Made by a program: the position numbers and the translations under genes. A stretch of 64,000 nt of DNA from an uncultured Candidatus Saccharibacteria bacterium (GTDB lineage Bacteria > Patescibacteriota > Dojkabacteria > SC72): the NCBI GenBank assembly GCA_964655705.1, contig CAZZPP010000001.1, positions 90,534 through 154,533 of the forward strand. Reading direction: 5' to 3'. Shown one piece after another: positions 28,307-39,567 of this stretch (positions within the stretch are counted from its first letter, which is position 1; each line of letters begins with the position of its first letter). The notes beneath the pieces were generated by a model, which did not search any database, was not told where the DNA came from, and saw only the letters and a list, made by a program, of their open reading frames with translations.

Positions 28307-29155
28307 ATGAAAATTTCAATAGTAATTGTTAACTATAATGGCGTTCATTTACTAAAAAAGAATTTAAAATCCGTAGTTAATACTCAGTATCCTCACTTTG
28401 ATGTTGTAGTAGTAGATAATGCATCTGTAGATGATAGTGTTCAGTATTTAAAGAAGGAGTTTCCTACTGTTAAGGTTGTTGAGAGTAAAGAGAATTTAGG
28501 ATTTGGTAGGGGTAATAACTTGGGAGTAGCTGCATATCCCAACTATGATGCATATCTGTTTTTAAATAATGATGTAAGTGTACCTAAAGACTTCCTAGAT
28601 AATATGGTTAAGGTATTAGAGAGGGACCCTAAGATTGGTGCTGTAGGACCTAAAATACTTTACTCTAAAAAAAGAGATGGTAAATATATTGTTAATTCTG
28701 CTGGTATTCAGGTAGATAAACATTTTCTGTCATATGACAGATATGATAAACAGGAAGATAGTCAAATGTTCAATGTAATTGAGCAGATTGATGCAATAAT
28801 GGGAGGGGCATTCTTAGTTAAAAGAGAGGTTTTTGAAAAAAGTGAAGGCTTTGATCCTAGTATGTTCCTTTACTATGAAGATATAGATCTATCTCTTAGA
28901 ATTAGAGATTTAGGATACAAGATATACTATGTTGGTACTTCTCATGTATATCATGATCATATGGCTTCTTCTAAGAAATTGGGAATGAGAAGAAGAAATG
29001 TTATGAATATGTGTAATAGGTATAGGAGTTTGAAAAGGAGATTAGGAATTGGTATAGCAATTAAGGAAAGTATCTGGTATCTTTTTAACTGGTTAATATG
29101 GAAAATGATATACTCTAAGAAGATAACTTTAAAGGAATATTTTAAAAACAGGTAA
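28307..29155 (+). CDS. GT2 glycosyltransferase (rhamnosyltransferase-like)
   Basis: VVVVDNASVD, NLGFGRGNN, LFLNND, FLYYEDIDL. Confidence 0.9.
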   Translation: MKISIVIVNYNGVHLLKKNLKSVVNTQYPHFDVVVVDNASVDDSVQYLKKEFPTVKVVESKENLGFGRGNNLGVAAYPNYDAYLFLNNDVSVPKDFLDNMVKVLERDPKIGAVGPKILYSKKRDGKYIVNSAGIQVDKHFLSYDRYDKQEDSQMFNVIEQIDAIMGGAFLVKREVFEKSEGFDPSMFLYYEDIDLSLRIRDLGYKIYYVGTSHVYHDHMASSKKLGMRRRNVMNMCNRYRSLKRRLGIGIAIKESIWYLFNWLIWKMIYSKKITLKEYFKNR

Positions 29156-29928
29156 TGAGAAGTAATGATTTAGACCTATACAAACAGTTTGTAAAAACAA
29201 CCTTTAAGATGAGATACAAAGGCTCTATCTTAGGTTTCTTTTGGGTATTGCTTAAACCCTTCTTTATGTTTTTAATCCTGTTTATGATTTTCTCTCGAGT
29301 ATCTGGGTCTACAACAGGACTTACATCACAGCAGTACGCTGTATATCTTCTCTCAGGTTTGATTGTATATACATTCTTTAATGAAGGAATGATTTGGGGT
29401 ATGGGTGCAATTATGGAGAGAGCAGGATTAATTGTAAAGATTAATTTCAGAAGAGAGGTTGTTGTTGCTAGCTCTCTTACCATGGCATTGATTAACTTTA
29501 GCATCAATCTAGGTATTGTAATTGCAGTAGCATTAATTTTAAATATCAGTTTAACATTTCTAGGTTTGGCATATATTCTTTTAATATGCTTCACAATGTT
29601 TTTGGCACTCTATGGTGTTTCTTTCTTTACCAGTATCTGGTTAGTTCATGTAAGGGATCTTCAGCACATTATGGAACTAGTATTACAGCTTCTCTTCTAT
29701 GCTAGTGCTGTATTTTTCCCAATTGAGATGATTCCTGAGAATTTTAGATTCATTGTATACTACAATCCTGTTGCAAGATTTATTAAAGCTGTTAGAGAAG
29801 CATTGATATATGGAAATATAACAGATATTAAATTTGTTTTAGTAGCACTTGTAACATCCTTAATTTTAGTTGTAATTGGTAGTAGATATTTTAATAGACA
29901 TATTAAAAAAATAGCAGAGCATTTTTAA
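29155..29928 (+). CDS. wzm: Polysaccharide ABC exporter permease
   Basis: RYKGSILGFFWVLLKP, RDLQHI, YNPV. Confidence 0.9.
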   Translation: MRSNDLDLYKQFVKTTFKMRYKGSILGFFWVLLKPFFMFLILFMIFSRVSGSTTGLTSQQYAVYLLSGLIVYTFFNEGMIWGMGAIMERAGLIVKINFRREVVVASSLTMALINFSINLGIVIAVALILNISLTFLGLAYILLICFTMFLALYGVSFFTSIWLVHVRDLQHIMELVLQLLFYASAVFFPIEMIPENFRFIVYYNPVARFIKAVREALIYGNITDIKFVLVALVTSLILVVIGSRYFNRHIKKIAEHF

Positions 29929-29931
29929 AAA

Positions 29932-30666
29932 ATGGAAAAGAATATAGCAATTAAAGTAGAAAATTTAACAAAGAATTTTAGAATCCCAGAACATGGTTCA
30001 GCTAATACCATACAGGAGAGATTTGTAAATCCCTTCTCAAAAAAAAGAATGATTGATTTTACTGCGGTAAAAAATCTTTCATTTGAGGTTAAGAAAGGAG
30101 AATTTTTTAGTGTAATTGGTCCTAATGGTGCAGGAAAATCAACTCTTCTAAAACTAATTTCTGGAATATATGTTCCTACACAAGGCAGTATTACAGTTGA
30201 TGGAAAACTAGTTCCTTTCTTAGAGCTTGGTGTTGGATTTAATCCAGATCTTAGTGCTAGAGAGAATGTATATTTAAATGGTGTTATTTTAGGATTAACT
30301 AAGAAAGAGGTAGATAACCATATTGATGATATTTTTGAATTTGCAGAACTTAAAGAATTTCAAGATCTTTCCATAAAGAAGTTCTCTTCTGGTATGAATG
30401 TTAGATTGGCATTTTCAATAGCAATTCAAGTTAAGTCAGATGTACTAGTATTAGATGAGGTATTAGCTGTAGGAGATGGTGAGTTTCAAAAGAAATGTTT
30501 TGCATACTTTGATGAGATTGTTGGTAAAAAAACAATACTGTTTGTATCTCATGGTTTGGAAAGTGTAAAGAAGTATTCAGATAGGGTACTGTGGTTGAAA
30601 GAGGATAAGTCATATGAGATAGGGAATCCAAATGAGATGGTAGCGAAATATAGTAAGACTTTTTAG
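29932..30666 (+). CDS. wzt: Polysaccharide ABC exporter ATPase (no C-terminal carbohydrate-binding domain)
   Basis: GPNGAGKST, FSSGMNVRLAF, DEVLAVGD. Confidence 0.92.
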   Translation: MEKNIAIKVENLTKNFRIPEHGSANTIQERFVNPFSKKRMIDFTAVKNLSFEVKKGEFFSVIGPNGAGKSTLLKLISGIYVPTQGSITVDGKLVPFLELGVGFNPDLSARENVYLNGVILGLTKKEVDNHIDDIFEFAELKEFQDLSIKKFSSGMNVRLAFSIAIQVKSDVLVLDEVLAVGDGEFQKKCFAYFDEIVGKKTILFVSHGLESVKKYSDRVLWLKEDKSYEIGNPNEMVAKYSKTF

Positions 30667-30668
30667 AT

Positions 30669-32558
30669 ATGAAATTAAAAGAGATTTTTCAAAGAGTTAT
30701 ACAGAGATTTCCAATATATTTGGTTCAGTTTAAGACCTTAGTTAAAAAAGAGGGTGTATTTTTTACTTTTAAAAGAGCTTCTAAAAAAATATTTAGATTT
30801 TTACATTCAAGGGGTAGGGTTGGGGATTTAAATAGGATACTGTTTAAAGAGTGGATGAGTAATGTAGAGAGTGTATATCTTAATCAAAAGAGTATGAAAA
30901 AGGATTTGTCTAATCTTAAGGTTAAACCTAAGTTTAGTATAATATTTCCTGTATGGAATAAGTCAGAAGAGATGTTGCAGAGTGCACTAGATTCAATTAC
31001 TAATCAGATATATGATAACTGGGAGATATGTATATCTGATGGTTCTAGTAAGGGTGTAAAAGAGAGTAAGGAGTTTTTAGAGGGGTTTAAAAAAGAATAT
31101 CCTAAGAGGGTTAAACTTTCTTTTCTTTCAGAGGAGTTAAGAGATGGTATTAATATTATACAAAATAGTAATAACGCTATATCTTTAGCTACTGGGCAGT
31201 ATCTTGTGTTTATGGATTGTGATGATGAGATTTCTCCTAACTGTTTACTTGAATTAGCTAAGGGTATTAATGATAACCCTAAGGTAGATTTTTTGTATAG
31301 TGATTTTGATAAGATAGACCAGAGAGGGAATAGGTTTGATCCTTCTTTTTGGCCTGATTGGTCTCCTCATACTCTTACTTCACAGATGTATACTACTCAT
31401 GTTACTTGTTACAAAAAAGAGGTATTTGAAGAGTTAGGGGGATTGGTAGAGGGGACACAGGGTGCACAGGATTGGGATTTAGTTTTAAGGTATGTTACTG
31501 CGTATCATCTTAAATGGAATGTTGTACATATTCCTAAAATTCTTTATCACTGGAGGGTGTATCCTGGTTCTACTGCGCTAGCTAATAGTGGAGATAAGGA
31601 TTGGGCATATGAGAATCAGAGGGGTGTATTAGAGGGGTATTTAAAAAGGAGAGAGTTAAAGGGAGAGGTAATTGAGGGTGCTTTTGAGGGTAGTTGGAGG
31701 GTTAAGTTTGAGATAATAGGGAATCCTAAGGTTAGTATAGTTATTCCTACTAAGGATAAGGTGGAGTATTTAAAAAGAGCAATTGATAGTATTAGAGAGC
31801 ATACTAAATACAGTAATTATGAGATTGTTGTTGTTGATAATAGGTCAGTAGAGGAAGAGACTTTAGAGTATTTGAAAGAGATTAAAAGGGATGGGGTTAA
31901 GGTTTTAGAGTATGATATGCCTTTCCATTTTGGTAAATTGTATAACTGGGCTAGTAAACAGGTAGATGGGGAATATATGTTAATACTAAATAATGATATT
32001 AGGGTTTTAAATGATGGTTGGTTAGAGAGTATGTTAGAGTGGTGTCAACTTCCAGAGGTTGGTAGTGTTGGTGCTAAGCTTTACTATCCTAATGGGAAGA
32101 TACAGCATGCTGGGGTAATTGTTGGAGCAGGGGGTGCTGCTGCTCATTCTCATAGGTTAGAGGATGGGGAGAGTTTCGGTTATAATGGGGCTTTGGTTAA
32201 TGTTAGAAACTATTTAGCTGTTACAGGAGCTTGTGTTATGGTAAAGAGAGATTTGTTTTTAGATATGAATGGTTTTAATGAGGTGTTTGATCCTGCTTAT
32301 CAGGATGTAGATTTTGGTATTAGATTATTTGAAAGAGGATTGTATAATGTTTATACTCCTTATACAGAGTTATTACATTATGAATCAATTACGAGATTAG
32401 ATACAAAGAACAATGAGAAATTAGAGAAGGATACTGTTAATGCAGAGAAGTTGAGAAAGAGATGGCCACAGTATATTGAATATATCGGGGGTAGAGATCC
32501 TTTTTACAATGATAATTTATCTTATGCACATGAGGATTTTAGGATTAGAACTGAGTAA
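30669..32558 (+). CDS. Double GT2-domain glycosyltransferase
   Basis: Two GT2 domains (FMDCDD..QDWDL; LNNDI..AVTGAC..DVDF). Confidence 0.9.
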   Translation: MKLKEIFQRVIQRFPIYLVQFKTLVKKEGVFFTFKRASKKIFRFLHSRGRVGDLNRILFKEWMSNVESVYLNQKSMKKDLSNLKVKPKFSIIFPVWNKSEEMLQSALDSITNQIYDNWEICISDGSSKGVKESKEFLEGFKKEYPKRVKLSFLSEELRDGINIIQNSNNAISLATGQYLVFMDCDDEISPNCLLELAKGINDNPKVDFLYSDFDKIDQRGNRFDPSFWPDWSPHTLTSQMYTTHVTCYKKEVFEELGGLVEGTQGAQDWDLVLRYVTAYHLKWNVVHIPKILYHWRVYPGSTALANSGDKDWAYENQRGVLEGYLKRRELKGEVIEGAFEGSWRVKFEIIGNPKVSIVIPTKDKVEYLKRAIDSIREHTKYSNYEIVVVDNRSVEEETLEYLKEIKRDGVKVLEYDMPFHFGKLYNWASKQVDGEYMLILNNDIRVLNDGWLESMLEWCQLPEVGSVGAKLYYPNGKIQHAGVIVGAGGAAAHSHRLEDGESFGYNGALVNVRNYLAVTGACVMVKRDLFLDMNGFNEVFDPAYQDVDFGIRLFERGLYNVYTPYTELLHYESITRLDTKNNEKLEKDTVNAEKLRKRWPQYIEYIGGRDPFYNDNLSYAHEDFRIRTE

Positions 32559-32561
32559 TAA

Positions 32562-34523
32562 TTATTTCAATAGATAGATAGTTGCATTCCCAAATTGTTT
32601 TTGTTTTTCTAAACAGGAAGAGTCTTGGAAATTAATTGTTGATAGAACATATTTAACACCTAAATCTTTTAATTTAGAATCACAGGGGCTTATGTTAACT
32701 ACTAGAAGATCATTTTGAATTAGGGTAATAGGCTCTTCTCCTGTTTCAAGATCAAAGAAAAGTACATGAGCATAGCGATTGTAAATATTATGGTATTCTT
32801 TCTCTGAATCAATTACAGACCAAATCTCAAATTGTGGGTAAGGATGTATTCCATTTAATATATTCGCATTATTGGCAAGGGCGTATTGAGCATAGTGGTG
32901 GTCACCGTATATAACCCATTTAGAATCATCATCTGTACTTAAGTCGGTAATATAGTTAGCTAAATCAGTATCAGTTAAAACATCTAATCCTTTATAGAGT
33001 GGATTAACATATACAGTTGATATTAAACCAAAGAGTAAAATAACTATCATAAATAGTTTCTTATATCCTCTCAAAAACATGAATATTAATGTAGATACTA
33101 AAATTGTAGCTAAGAGAATCTTTACATATGGGAGGACGGAAGTTGGCCATGTAAAAAATGTTGGATTTAAAGAATAAAGATATCTTCCTGTTAAAAAGGT
33201 AAGTATAGCATTAAAAAGGATTAAAAGAAGTGAGAGAATTTTATCTAAAATCTTTTTCTTGTCAAATTTGTATGTATCAGAACTAAACATATATAAAAGA
33301 AGGAAATAATTTGAGAAACCCATTGCTAGCAATAATCTTTGTGGTGGGACCATATATAATCCAGAATATTTCGAAATGAAATCTGGTAATGGTAATAGAG
33401 ACCATACGAAAAATAGTAATAAAGGTGCTGCGATAGATATTCCAATGATATCAACTTTTTTTCTCGTTCTAAGATTTATAATATTTTTATAAACCATCCA
33501 AATTATCAAAGGTATAAAAATCATAAAAAAATTTGAAGCTTCACATTGATTTGCATATGGAGCGCCATTTGAATCTGACTGCATCAAAATATCATAGAAG
33601 CCATCAAAGATTTGGTATGGGTTTCCTAATCCTGCGGTAACAAAGCGCTCACCAGGATAGACAGTATTTGTCATTATTGAGATTACATCTTTAAAAGATG
33701 TGTAGAATATTAATACAAATGATATTACTATTGCTAAAGAAAGGGCAAGGGATGAAATGAATAAAAGGATACTCTTTTTGTTATTTAAAAATTCTTTTCT
33801 CTCTTTTATTACTATTCCAATAGCAAGGAATACTGTAACTATCGCCAAGGGTATTTGGAATGGTGGATATAAAATTAAACCAAAAGAAATTATGGTATAT
33901 GCAAGAGCAAGAGAGTATCCAATATATGAAAATATTTTTTTACTTTTAACTAATTTAATAAAGAAGAATAGCCCAAAAGATATTAAACCGATTGGTGCCA
34001 TAGGATCTGCAGATAACCACCATTGAACAAAGGGAGTAACTAAAAATAATAAGGATCCACTAATAGAGAGTAGGAAGTTCTTATTTGTTAATTCAAATAA
34101 AAGGAAGTATGTTCCTAAAAGCATAAGGATAATTCTTGACCACCAATGGATTGCATATGATAGGTTGGTGTTGTCACTTAAAAGGAAGGGCCAACTAGCG
34201 GGTTCAAAAAAAGTAAATATATCTCTAGTAGGAACATTATGAGAGTATCCTAAGTTCGTGCCTTCTCCTATATCTGTGTTAATCATTGATTCATCATTAA
34301 TATCTTGAGATAATAATATGGGAGTACCAAATAAGAATTCATCACTTCTTGTTGCTCTTGGGTGCCCAAGTATAATATTTGTATCTTCTTGATTAGGAAA
34401 GAGTATTTCAGAGTATCGTCCAATGGCAGAGCCATGTAGATGGAATGCAGATAGAATAATGCCAATTAATATTATGATAATTGGGTATATTAACAATTTG
34501 TATTTTTTTAGCATGCTCTTCAT
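32562..34523 (-). CDS. Multi-pass membrane protein, probable GT-C-type glycosyltransferase
   Basis: RSDEF in first loop, PFVQWW, LYPPFQIP, NTVYPGER, YNRYAH; many TMs. Confidence 0.6.
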   Translation of the reverse strand: MKSMLKKYKLLIYPIIIILIGIILSAFHLHGSAIGRYSEILFPNQEDTNIILGHPRATRSDEFLFGTPILLSQDINDESMINTDIGEGTNLGYSHNVPTRDIFTFFEPASWPFLLSDNTNLSYAIHWWSRIILMLLGTYFLLFELTNKNFLLSISGSLLFLVTPFVQWWLSADPMAPIGLISFGLFFFIKLVKSKKIFSYIGYSLALAYTIISFGLILYPPFQIPLAIVTVFLAIGIVIKERKEFLNNKKSILLFISSLALSLAIVISFVLIFYTSFKDVISIMTNTVYPGERFVTAGLGNPYQIFDGFYDILMQSDSNGAPYANQCEASNFFMIFIPLIIWMVYKNIINLRTRKKVDIIGISIAAPLLLFFVWSLLPLPDFISKYSGLYMVPPQRLLLAMGFSNYFLLLYMFSSDTYKFDKKKILDKILSLLLILFNAILTFLTGRYLYSLNPTFFTWPTSVLPYVKILLATILVSTLIFMFLRGYKKLFMIVILLFGLISTVYVNPLYKGLDVLTDTDLANYITDLSTDDDSKWVIYGDHHYAQYALANNANILNGIHPYPQFEIWSVIDSEKEYHNIYNRYAHVLFFDLETGEEPITLIQNDLLVVNISPCDSKLKDLGVKYVLSTINFQDSSCLEKQKQFGNATIYLLK

Positions 34524-34584
34524 TTAAGTGTATATTGAATATATAATTATAATATTTTATCTTATTTTGCATACGATTTAAACA

Positions 34585-35355
34585 ATGAAAATCTCAATAA
34601 TAACAACAAACTATAATACAGATAAATATCTAGAGAGAACTATTAAAAGTGTTCTTAATCAAAAAGGAGACTTCGAATTAGAATATATCATTACAGATGG
34701 TAAATCTACTGATAAAAGTTTAGATATTATTAAAAAATATAAAGATAAAATAAAATATATATCTGAGAAAGATAAAGGACAATCAGATGGAATAAATAAA
34801 GGATTAAGAATGGCTACAGGAGATATATTAGCATTTCTTAATTCAGATGATATATATACTGAAGGAGCATTAGATAAGGTAGTAAGATATTTTAAAGATA
34901 ATCCAGATTGTATGTGGTTAACAGGGTATTGTAGGATAATAGATGAGAATGATAATGAGATTAAGAAATATGTAACAAAGTATAAGAATAGGAAGTTAGA
35001 GAGATTTACTCTCGAGCAGTTATTGATTGAAAATTGTATCTCTCAACCAGCAACTTTTTGGAGAAGAGAACTACTAGATGAGGTGGGATATATTGATGAG
35101 AGTTTGCATTTTTCTATGGATCAAGATTTATGGGCTAGGTTTGCTAAGAAGTATGAATTAAATTTAATTAGAGATTATCTAGCAGAGTTTAGATTTACTT
35201 CTGATACTAAAACAGGGTCTAGCATAGAAAAGACGCTTGCTGAATCAGGAATTATTGCAGAAAGATATTCAGGAAAGAAAGGGGTATTAATCTTACAGAA
35301 CCTTAGCAATTTGAAAAGAATATTGGTTTACCGATATTTGCCTAAAAAGGATTAG
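34585..35355 (+). CDS. GT2 glycosyltransferase
   Basis: SEKDKGQSDGINKG, FLNSDD, QPATF, MDQDLW. Confidence 0.9.
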   Translation: MKISIITTNYNTDKYLERTIKSVLNQKGDFELEYIITDGKSTDKSLDIIKKYKDKIKYISEKDKGQSDGINKGLRMATGDILAFLNSDDIYTEGALDKVVRYFKDNPDCMWLTGYCRIIDENDNEIKKYVTKYKNRKLERFTLEQLLIENCISQPATFWRRELLDEVGYIDESLHFSMDQDLWARFAKKYELNLIRDYLAEFRFTSDTKTGSSIEKTLAESGIIAERYSGKKGVLILQNLSNLKRILVYRYLPKKD

Positions 35356-35364
35356 AAAGAGCAT

Positions 35365-35697
35365 CTATTTTGTATCAGTTTTGTCTTTAGCTATTTTTCT
35401 AACTAACTTAGTTATTTCTTTTTCAAGTTTGTTTATTTTTTCACTTTGTCTAAATATATAATAGAAGAGAAAGATAATTGAGAGATATACTAATACATCT
35501 ATACCTCTTCCTACACCAAATAGTTGTCCTACTTTATCTATTGTATTTGTTGGCAACCAAATAAATACTAGTGCTATTCCCCAGAATATTCCCCAAAAGA
35601 GTAATTTAAATAGTTGTGTTCTATCCTTAAGTACTTTGATTAAGAATTGAATTAACACTATTACTATTATCCCAGTAGCAATATATTGAATAATCAT
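35365..35697 (-). CDS. DUF2304-family small membrane protein
   Basis: FGVGRGIDVLVY, ITKLVRKIA; follows DPM-like GT2. Confidence 0.8.
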   Translation of the reverse strand: MIIQYIATGIIVIVLIQFLIKVLKDRTQLFKLLFWGIFWGIALVFIWLPTNTIDKVGQLFGVGRGIDVLVYLSIIFLFYYIFRQSEKINKLEKEITKLVRKIAKDKTDTK

Positions 35698-36383
35698 TAT
35701 TTAAGTTTAGATGATATTAATTTGAAAGCAATATTTATACTGTTAGATATGCTTTGTCCTTTAGCTTGTGAGTATTCTGTGTAATGTATTGTTACTGGTA
35801 CTTCTGTATATTTAAGATTTAATACCTTTATCTTATCTAATATCTCAGATGCATGTTCCATACGGTCATGTTGAAGATTTAATTTCTTAGCAGTTTCTGC
35901 TGTCATTACTCTTAATCCGTTATGCACATCTGTTAACCATATTTGAGAGAGTAGGTAGGTAAAGATTATCCCTATTTTTAAGACGATTTTCTTTTTTAAG
36001 GGAACATTATTTTCTTGTAGAAATCTAGAGCCTAATACTATGTCATATTTGCCTTCTATTAATGTATTTAACATATGATCTAAATCTTTAACATCGTGTT
36101 GTCCATCTGAATCAAAATGAACTATATATTTAGCACCCTTATCTAATGCTATCTCCATTCCTGTTTGTAATGCTGCTCCTTGTCCTCTATTAATAATATG
36201 TTTTGTTACAATTACATCTGTATTCTCTTTTACAACATTATATCCATTATCTTTGCTACCATCATCTACAACAACAATATTATTATATCCTGCTTCTTTT
36301 AAAGATTTAATTACATTGAGAATCATTTTAGAGTCGTTGTAGAGAGGGATTGTGATGTAGACGTTGGATTTGTTAGGTTTCAT
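35697..36383 (-). CDS. DPM1-like polyprenyl-phosphate glycosyltransferase (GT2)
   Basis: VVDDGSKD, NRGQGAALQTG, HFDSDGQH, TDVHNGLR; start taken at MKPNK. Confidence 0.88.
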   Translation of the reverse strand: MKPNKSNVYITIPLYNDSKMILNVIKSLKEAGYNNIVVVDDGSKDNGYNVVKENTDVIVTKHIINRGQGAALQTGMEIALDKGAKYIVHFDSDGQHDVKDLDHMLNTLIEGKYDIVLGSRFLQENNVPLKKKIVLKIGIIFTYLLSQIWLTDVHNGLRVMTAETAKKLNLQHDRMEHASEILDKIKVLNLKYTEVPVTIHYTEYSQAKGQSISNSINIAFKLISSKLK

Positions 36384-36402
36384 ACCCAGAATTATTTTAT
36401 AA

Positions 36403-37440
36403 TTATTTAGACCCCGAAACAAATTTTTTTAGGAATCTTCTCAATTTAAAAGGAATTATTTTTCTTCGTAGATTCTTGAACCTAGAAAAATTTTCATTTT
36501 GTTGATTTATAGAAGGTTCTTTTGTCGGTTCTAATTCTACTTGAAGTGTATCCGAGAGTAAATCAAACATCTTTTTGCATGAAAGGATATCGTATATATT
36601 ATCTAATTTATTGTTGTTTTTAATAAATTGGAGTGTTATATAAGCATTTACGAGATTGTTTTCTTTTAAATTGGTCCCAAAACTATTTGCAAATTTTGTA
36701 TATAATGATTCGGAAGCTTGGGTTAATTGACTTTCAATGAATTGGTCTAGAATTAGCAACAATTCTATTTTTATACGAGTATTATTTGTTTTTGTCTCAT
36801 TGTTTTGATGCCATCTGTAATAGGTAAGAATTTTTTCGCATCGGTCTATTCTTGCATTTGGTATAAATTTTAGCCATAACTCTAAATCGTAAGCAGTAAT
36901 TAAATTCTCATTAAATAATCCATATTTATCAAAAAAAGATTTTTTAATCATTACGGATGATTTGCAAAAATAATTTTTCTCAATAAATCTAAAAATGATA
37001 TCTCGATCGAAGATTTCTACAGGATTAAATAAATTCCAAGTTTGATTGAAATGTTCATCCGGTAAACCCAAACCGTTCTCATCAATCGCCTCGACTTTTG
37101 TAATTGAAATATCATACCCAGATTTAATTAGATCTATCTGATTTTGCAACTTTTCTGGGTGATATTTGTCATCAGCATCTAAAAAACAAATGTATTTACC
37201 TTGAGAGATACGAAGTCCTCTATTTAGGGTTTTTGAAACGCCACAATTTTTTTGGACAAGAAATGTAATTCTTTTGTCTTCATACTGTTTGATTAATCTA
37301 ATAGAATCGTCTTTAGATCCATCATCAATGATAATGAGTTCCCAATTTTTAAATGTCTGATTGATAACAGAATCTATTGCTCTCGTAATAAATCTGTCGT
37401 AATTGTAAGAAGGTATGATGATACTTATTTCCGGTTTCAT
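36403..37440 (-). CDS. GT2 glycosyltransferase
   Basis: IIPSYN, IIDDGSKD, FLDADD, YDLELW. Confidence 0.9.
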   Translation of the reverse strand: MKPEISIIIPSYNYDRFITRAIDSVINQTFKNWELIIIDDGSKDDSIRLIKQYEDKRITFLVQKNCGVSKTLNRGLRISQGKYICFLDADDKYHPEKLQNQIDLIKSGYDISITKVEAIDENGLGLPDEHFNQTWNLFNPVEIFDRDIIFRFIEKNYFCKSSVMIKKSFFDKYGLFNENLITAYDLELWLKFIPNARIDRCEKILTYYRWHQNNETKTNNTRIKIELLLILDQFIESQLTQASESLYTKFANSFGTNLKENNLVNAYITLQFIKNNNKLDNIYDILSCKKMFDLLSDTLQVELEPTKEPSINQQNENFSRFKNLRRKIIPFKLRRFLKKFVSGSK

Positions 37441-37517
37441 ATATTGTGATATAAATACTTTATGTTTAAAGATTATATATTTATATTATTTTTGATACAA
37501 TATGCATTGTAATATAT

Positions 37518-38498
37518 ATGAGAAATGATTACTCGGAAAAAAGGAAACAGTTTGTTTACAGACACATTAACAGGGTGTTAGTAAACACTTATTCTAGGAG
37601 AATAAATAAGGTGCCAAAAGTAAAATATGACGGTTTGATTTCGATAATAATTCTTAGCTTTAATCGTGTTAGAGATACAAAATTCTCAATTGAACAGTTA
37701 TATAAGCATTCAAAATTTCCTTTTGAGGTTATAGTTCTTGATAATAACTCAGATAAAGAGCAACTAGAAGAGTTAAAAAGATTTGTTAAAAGATATAAGA
37801 ATCTCAGACTAATTGAATCCAAGAGAAATTTAGGTGCAGCAAGAGGGAAAGCTGAAGCTGCCAAATATGGTATAGGCAAGTATTATTTCTTTCTAGATAA
37901 TGATGTCGTAGTAACTCCATATTATATGGAGAATCTGATGAGAACACTTCTAGTAGATAGCAAAACAGTAGCTGTTTGTTCAAAAGTTATATTTCCGGAT
38001 TGTACAATTCAATTTAATGGTGGAACGCTCAAAGAGGATAAAGATTTTTATATCTTTAATTTGCTTGATAGCGGGAAGTTGTTTTGGCAAAGAGAAACAA
38101 TTAATAACTATGTGAGATGTCCTTGGGTGCCAGGTGGTTCAACATTATGGAGGGCAAAATATTATAAAAAGTTTCCCATTGATGAAAAAATGGAGGGAAG
38201 TTATGAAGATAATGAGGTTTGTATAAGGATTAACAAGGCAGGTTATAATGTTCGTAACTGTCCACATTCAATAACTATTCATCATCATATGTATTTCCAA
38301 GATTACAAATTCAACTTAAGAGAAAAAAAATATATCGAGGGGAGATATGATACCTCAAGAACAACGAAGGCTTTAAGGAGATTCTGGAATGTTCATAAGA
38401 AAGCCTTTGTTTTTAATTGTGAAGAAGCGACATATGGTTTCTTGAAAGATTATTCAAAAAAGAACATAAAAAAATTTATAATGAGTAAAGATGAATAA
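37518..38498 (+). CDS. GT2 glycosyltransferase
   Basis: VLDNNS, FLDNDV, YEDNE. Confidence 0.85.
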   Translation: MRNDYSEKRKQFVYRHINRVLVNTYSRRINKVPKVKYDGLISIIILSFNRVRDTKFSIEQLYKHSKFPFEVIVLDNNSDKEQLEELKRFVKRYKNLRLIESKRNLGAARGKAEAAKYGIGKYYFFLDNDVVVTPYYMENLMRTLLVDSKTVAVCSKVIFPDCTIQFNGGTLKEDKDFYIFNLLDSGKLFWQRETINNYVRCPWVPGGSTLWRAKYYKKFPIDEKMEGSYEDNEVCIRINKAGYNVRNCPHSITIHHHMYFQDYKFNLREKKYIEGRYDTSRTTKALRRFWNVHKKAFVFNCEEATYGFLKDYSKKNIKKFIMSKDE

Positions 38499-39468
38499 AA
38501 TTAGAAATTTTATTAACAACACAGAAAAGTATGGAAAGATAGGGGTAATAAAATTTTATTTGAACAATTTGTTATGGGGGGAACAAATAGAGTTTAATAC
38601 TACGAAACTTTTAAAATATTTAATAAAAGATATTCTTAATCCACCGATTAAGTTTGTAAACAAGAAGGCGAATGAACTTAGAAGGGTAGCACTGAGATTT
38701 ATAAAAAAACCAAAAGTTTCAATAATTATGTCTGTATATAATGGACAAGGTTATCTAGAAGAATCAGTTGAAAGTATTTTAAATCAGAGTTTTAGGGATT
38801 TCGAATTTCTGATTGTAGATGATAATTCAGAAGATTCATCTTTCCCTATTATTGAGAGATATTCGAATCTAGATAAAAGGGTGAAAGTATTTCGAAACAA
38901 AGAAAATATTGGATTAACGAAATCACTTAATTTTTTATTAGATAAAGCTCAAGGAGATTATATTGCCAGAATGGATTCTGATGACGTTTCTTTGCCTGAC
39001 AGGATATTAAAACAACACAATTTTTTAGAAAGGCATAAAGACATATTTTTAGTAGGTACGGGAGCTTTTAATATTAATGAGAAAGGTATAATACTTTCTC
39101 AATCAGAGCCGTTAACAACATCAAGCAAGGTTTCAAAAAGATTGCCCATTGGGAATTGTATATATCATCCATCAATAATGTTTAGAAACAAGAAATTAAG
39201 ATATAGAGAAAAATTCATGTTTTCACAAGATTACGATTTATATCTAAATTTGCTTTCTTTAGGTGAGAAAATAGCAAATGTGAACGAACCCTTACTAAAA
39301 TACAGAATAAATTCGAAATCAATTTCTAATCAAAGACATAAAGCTCAAGAATTATTTGCACAACAGGCAAGAAAATTTTATGTACAAAGGAAACAATCTA
39401 AAAACAATGAAGATGATTATTCCAGTTTTTTATCACAATCAATTTTTGAACAAGAGGAGGGTAAGTAG
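38491..39468 (+). CDS. GT2 glycosyltransferase
   Basis: PKVSIIMSVYN, NIGLTKSLN, ARMDSDD, QDYDL. Confidence 0.9.
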   Translation: MNKIRNFINNTEKYGKIGVIKFYLNNLLWGEQIEFNTTKLLKYLIKDILNPPIKFVNKKANELRRVALRFIKKPKVSIIMSVYNGQGYLEESVESILNQSFRDFEFLIVDDNSEDSSFPIIERYSNLDKRVKVFRNKENIGLTKSLNFLLDKAQGDYIARMDSDDVSLPDRILKQHNFLERHKDIFLVGTGAFNINEKGIILSQSEPLTTSSKVSKRLPIGNCIYHPSIMFRNKKLRYREKFMFSQDYDLYLNLLSLGEKIANVNEPLLKYRINSKSISNQRHKAQELFAQQARKFYVQRKQSKNNEDDYSSFLSQSIFEQEEGK

Positions 39469-39567
39469 ATATTTCACCAAAGGTTATTATTAAGGTCTAA
39501 TTGAAATAAAAATCTTAACTTGTAAGTGATTTGTTCGATATGTTAAAATCCTTATATAATACAAAAT

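Noticed and set aside
27876-29594. Antisense ORFs such as 27876-28223 and 29142-29594, and other short shadow ORFs in the track
   Set aside because: They overlap well-supported genes and have no motifs of their own.
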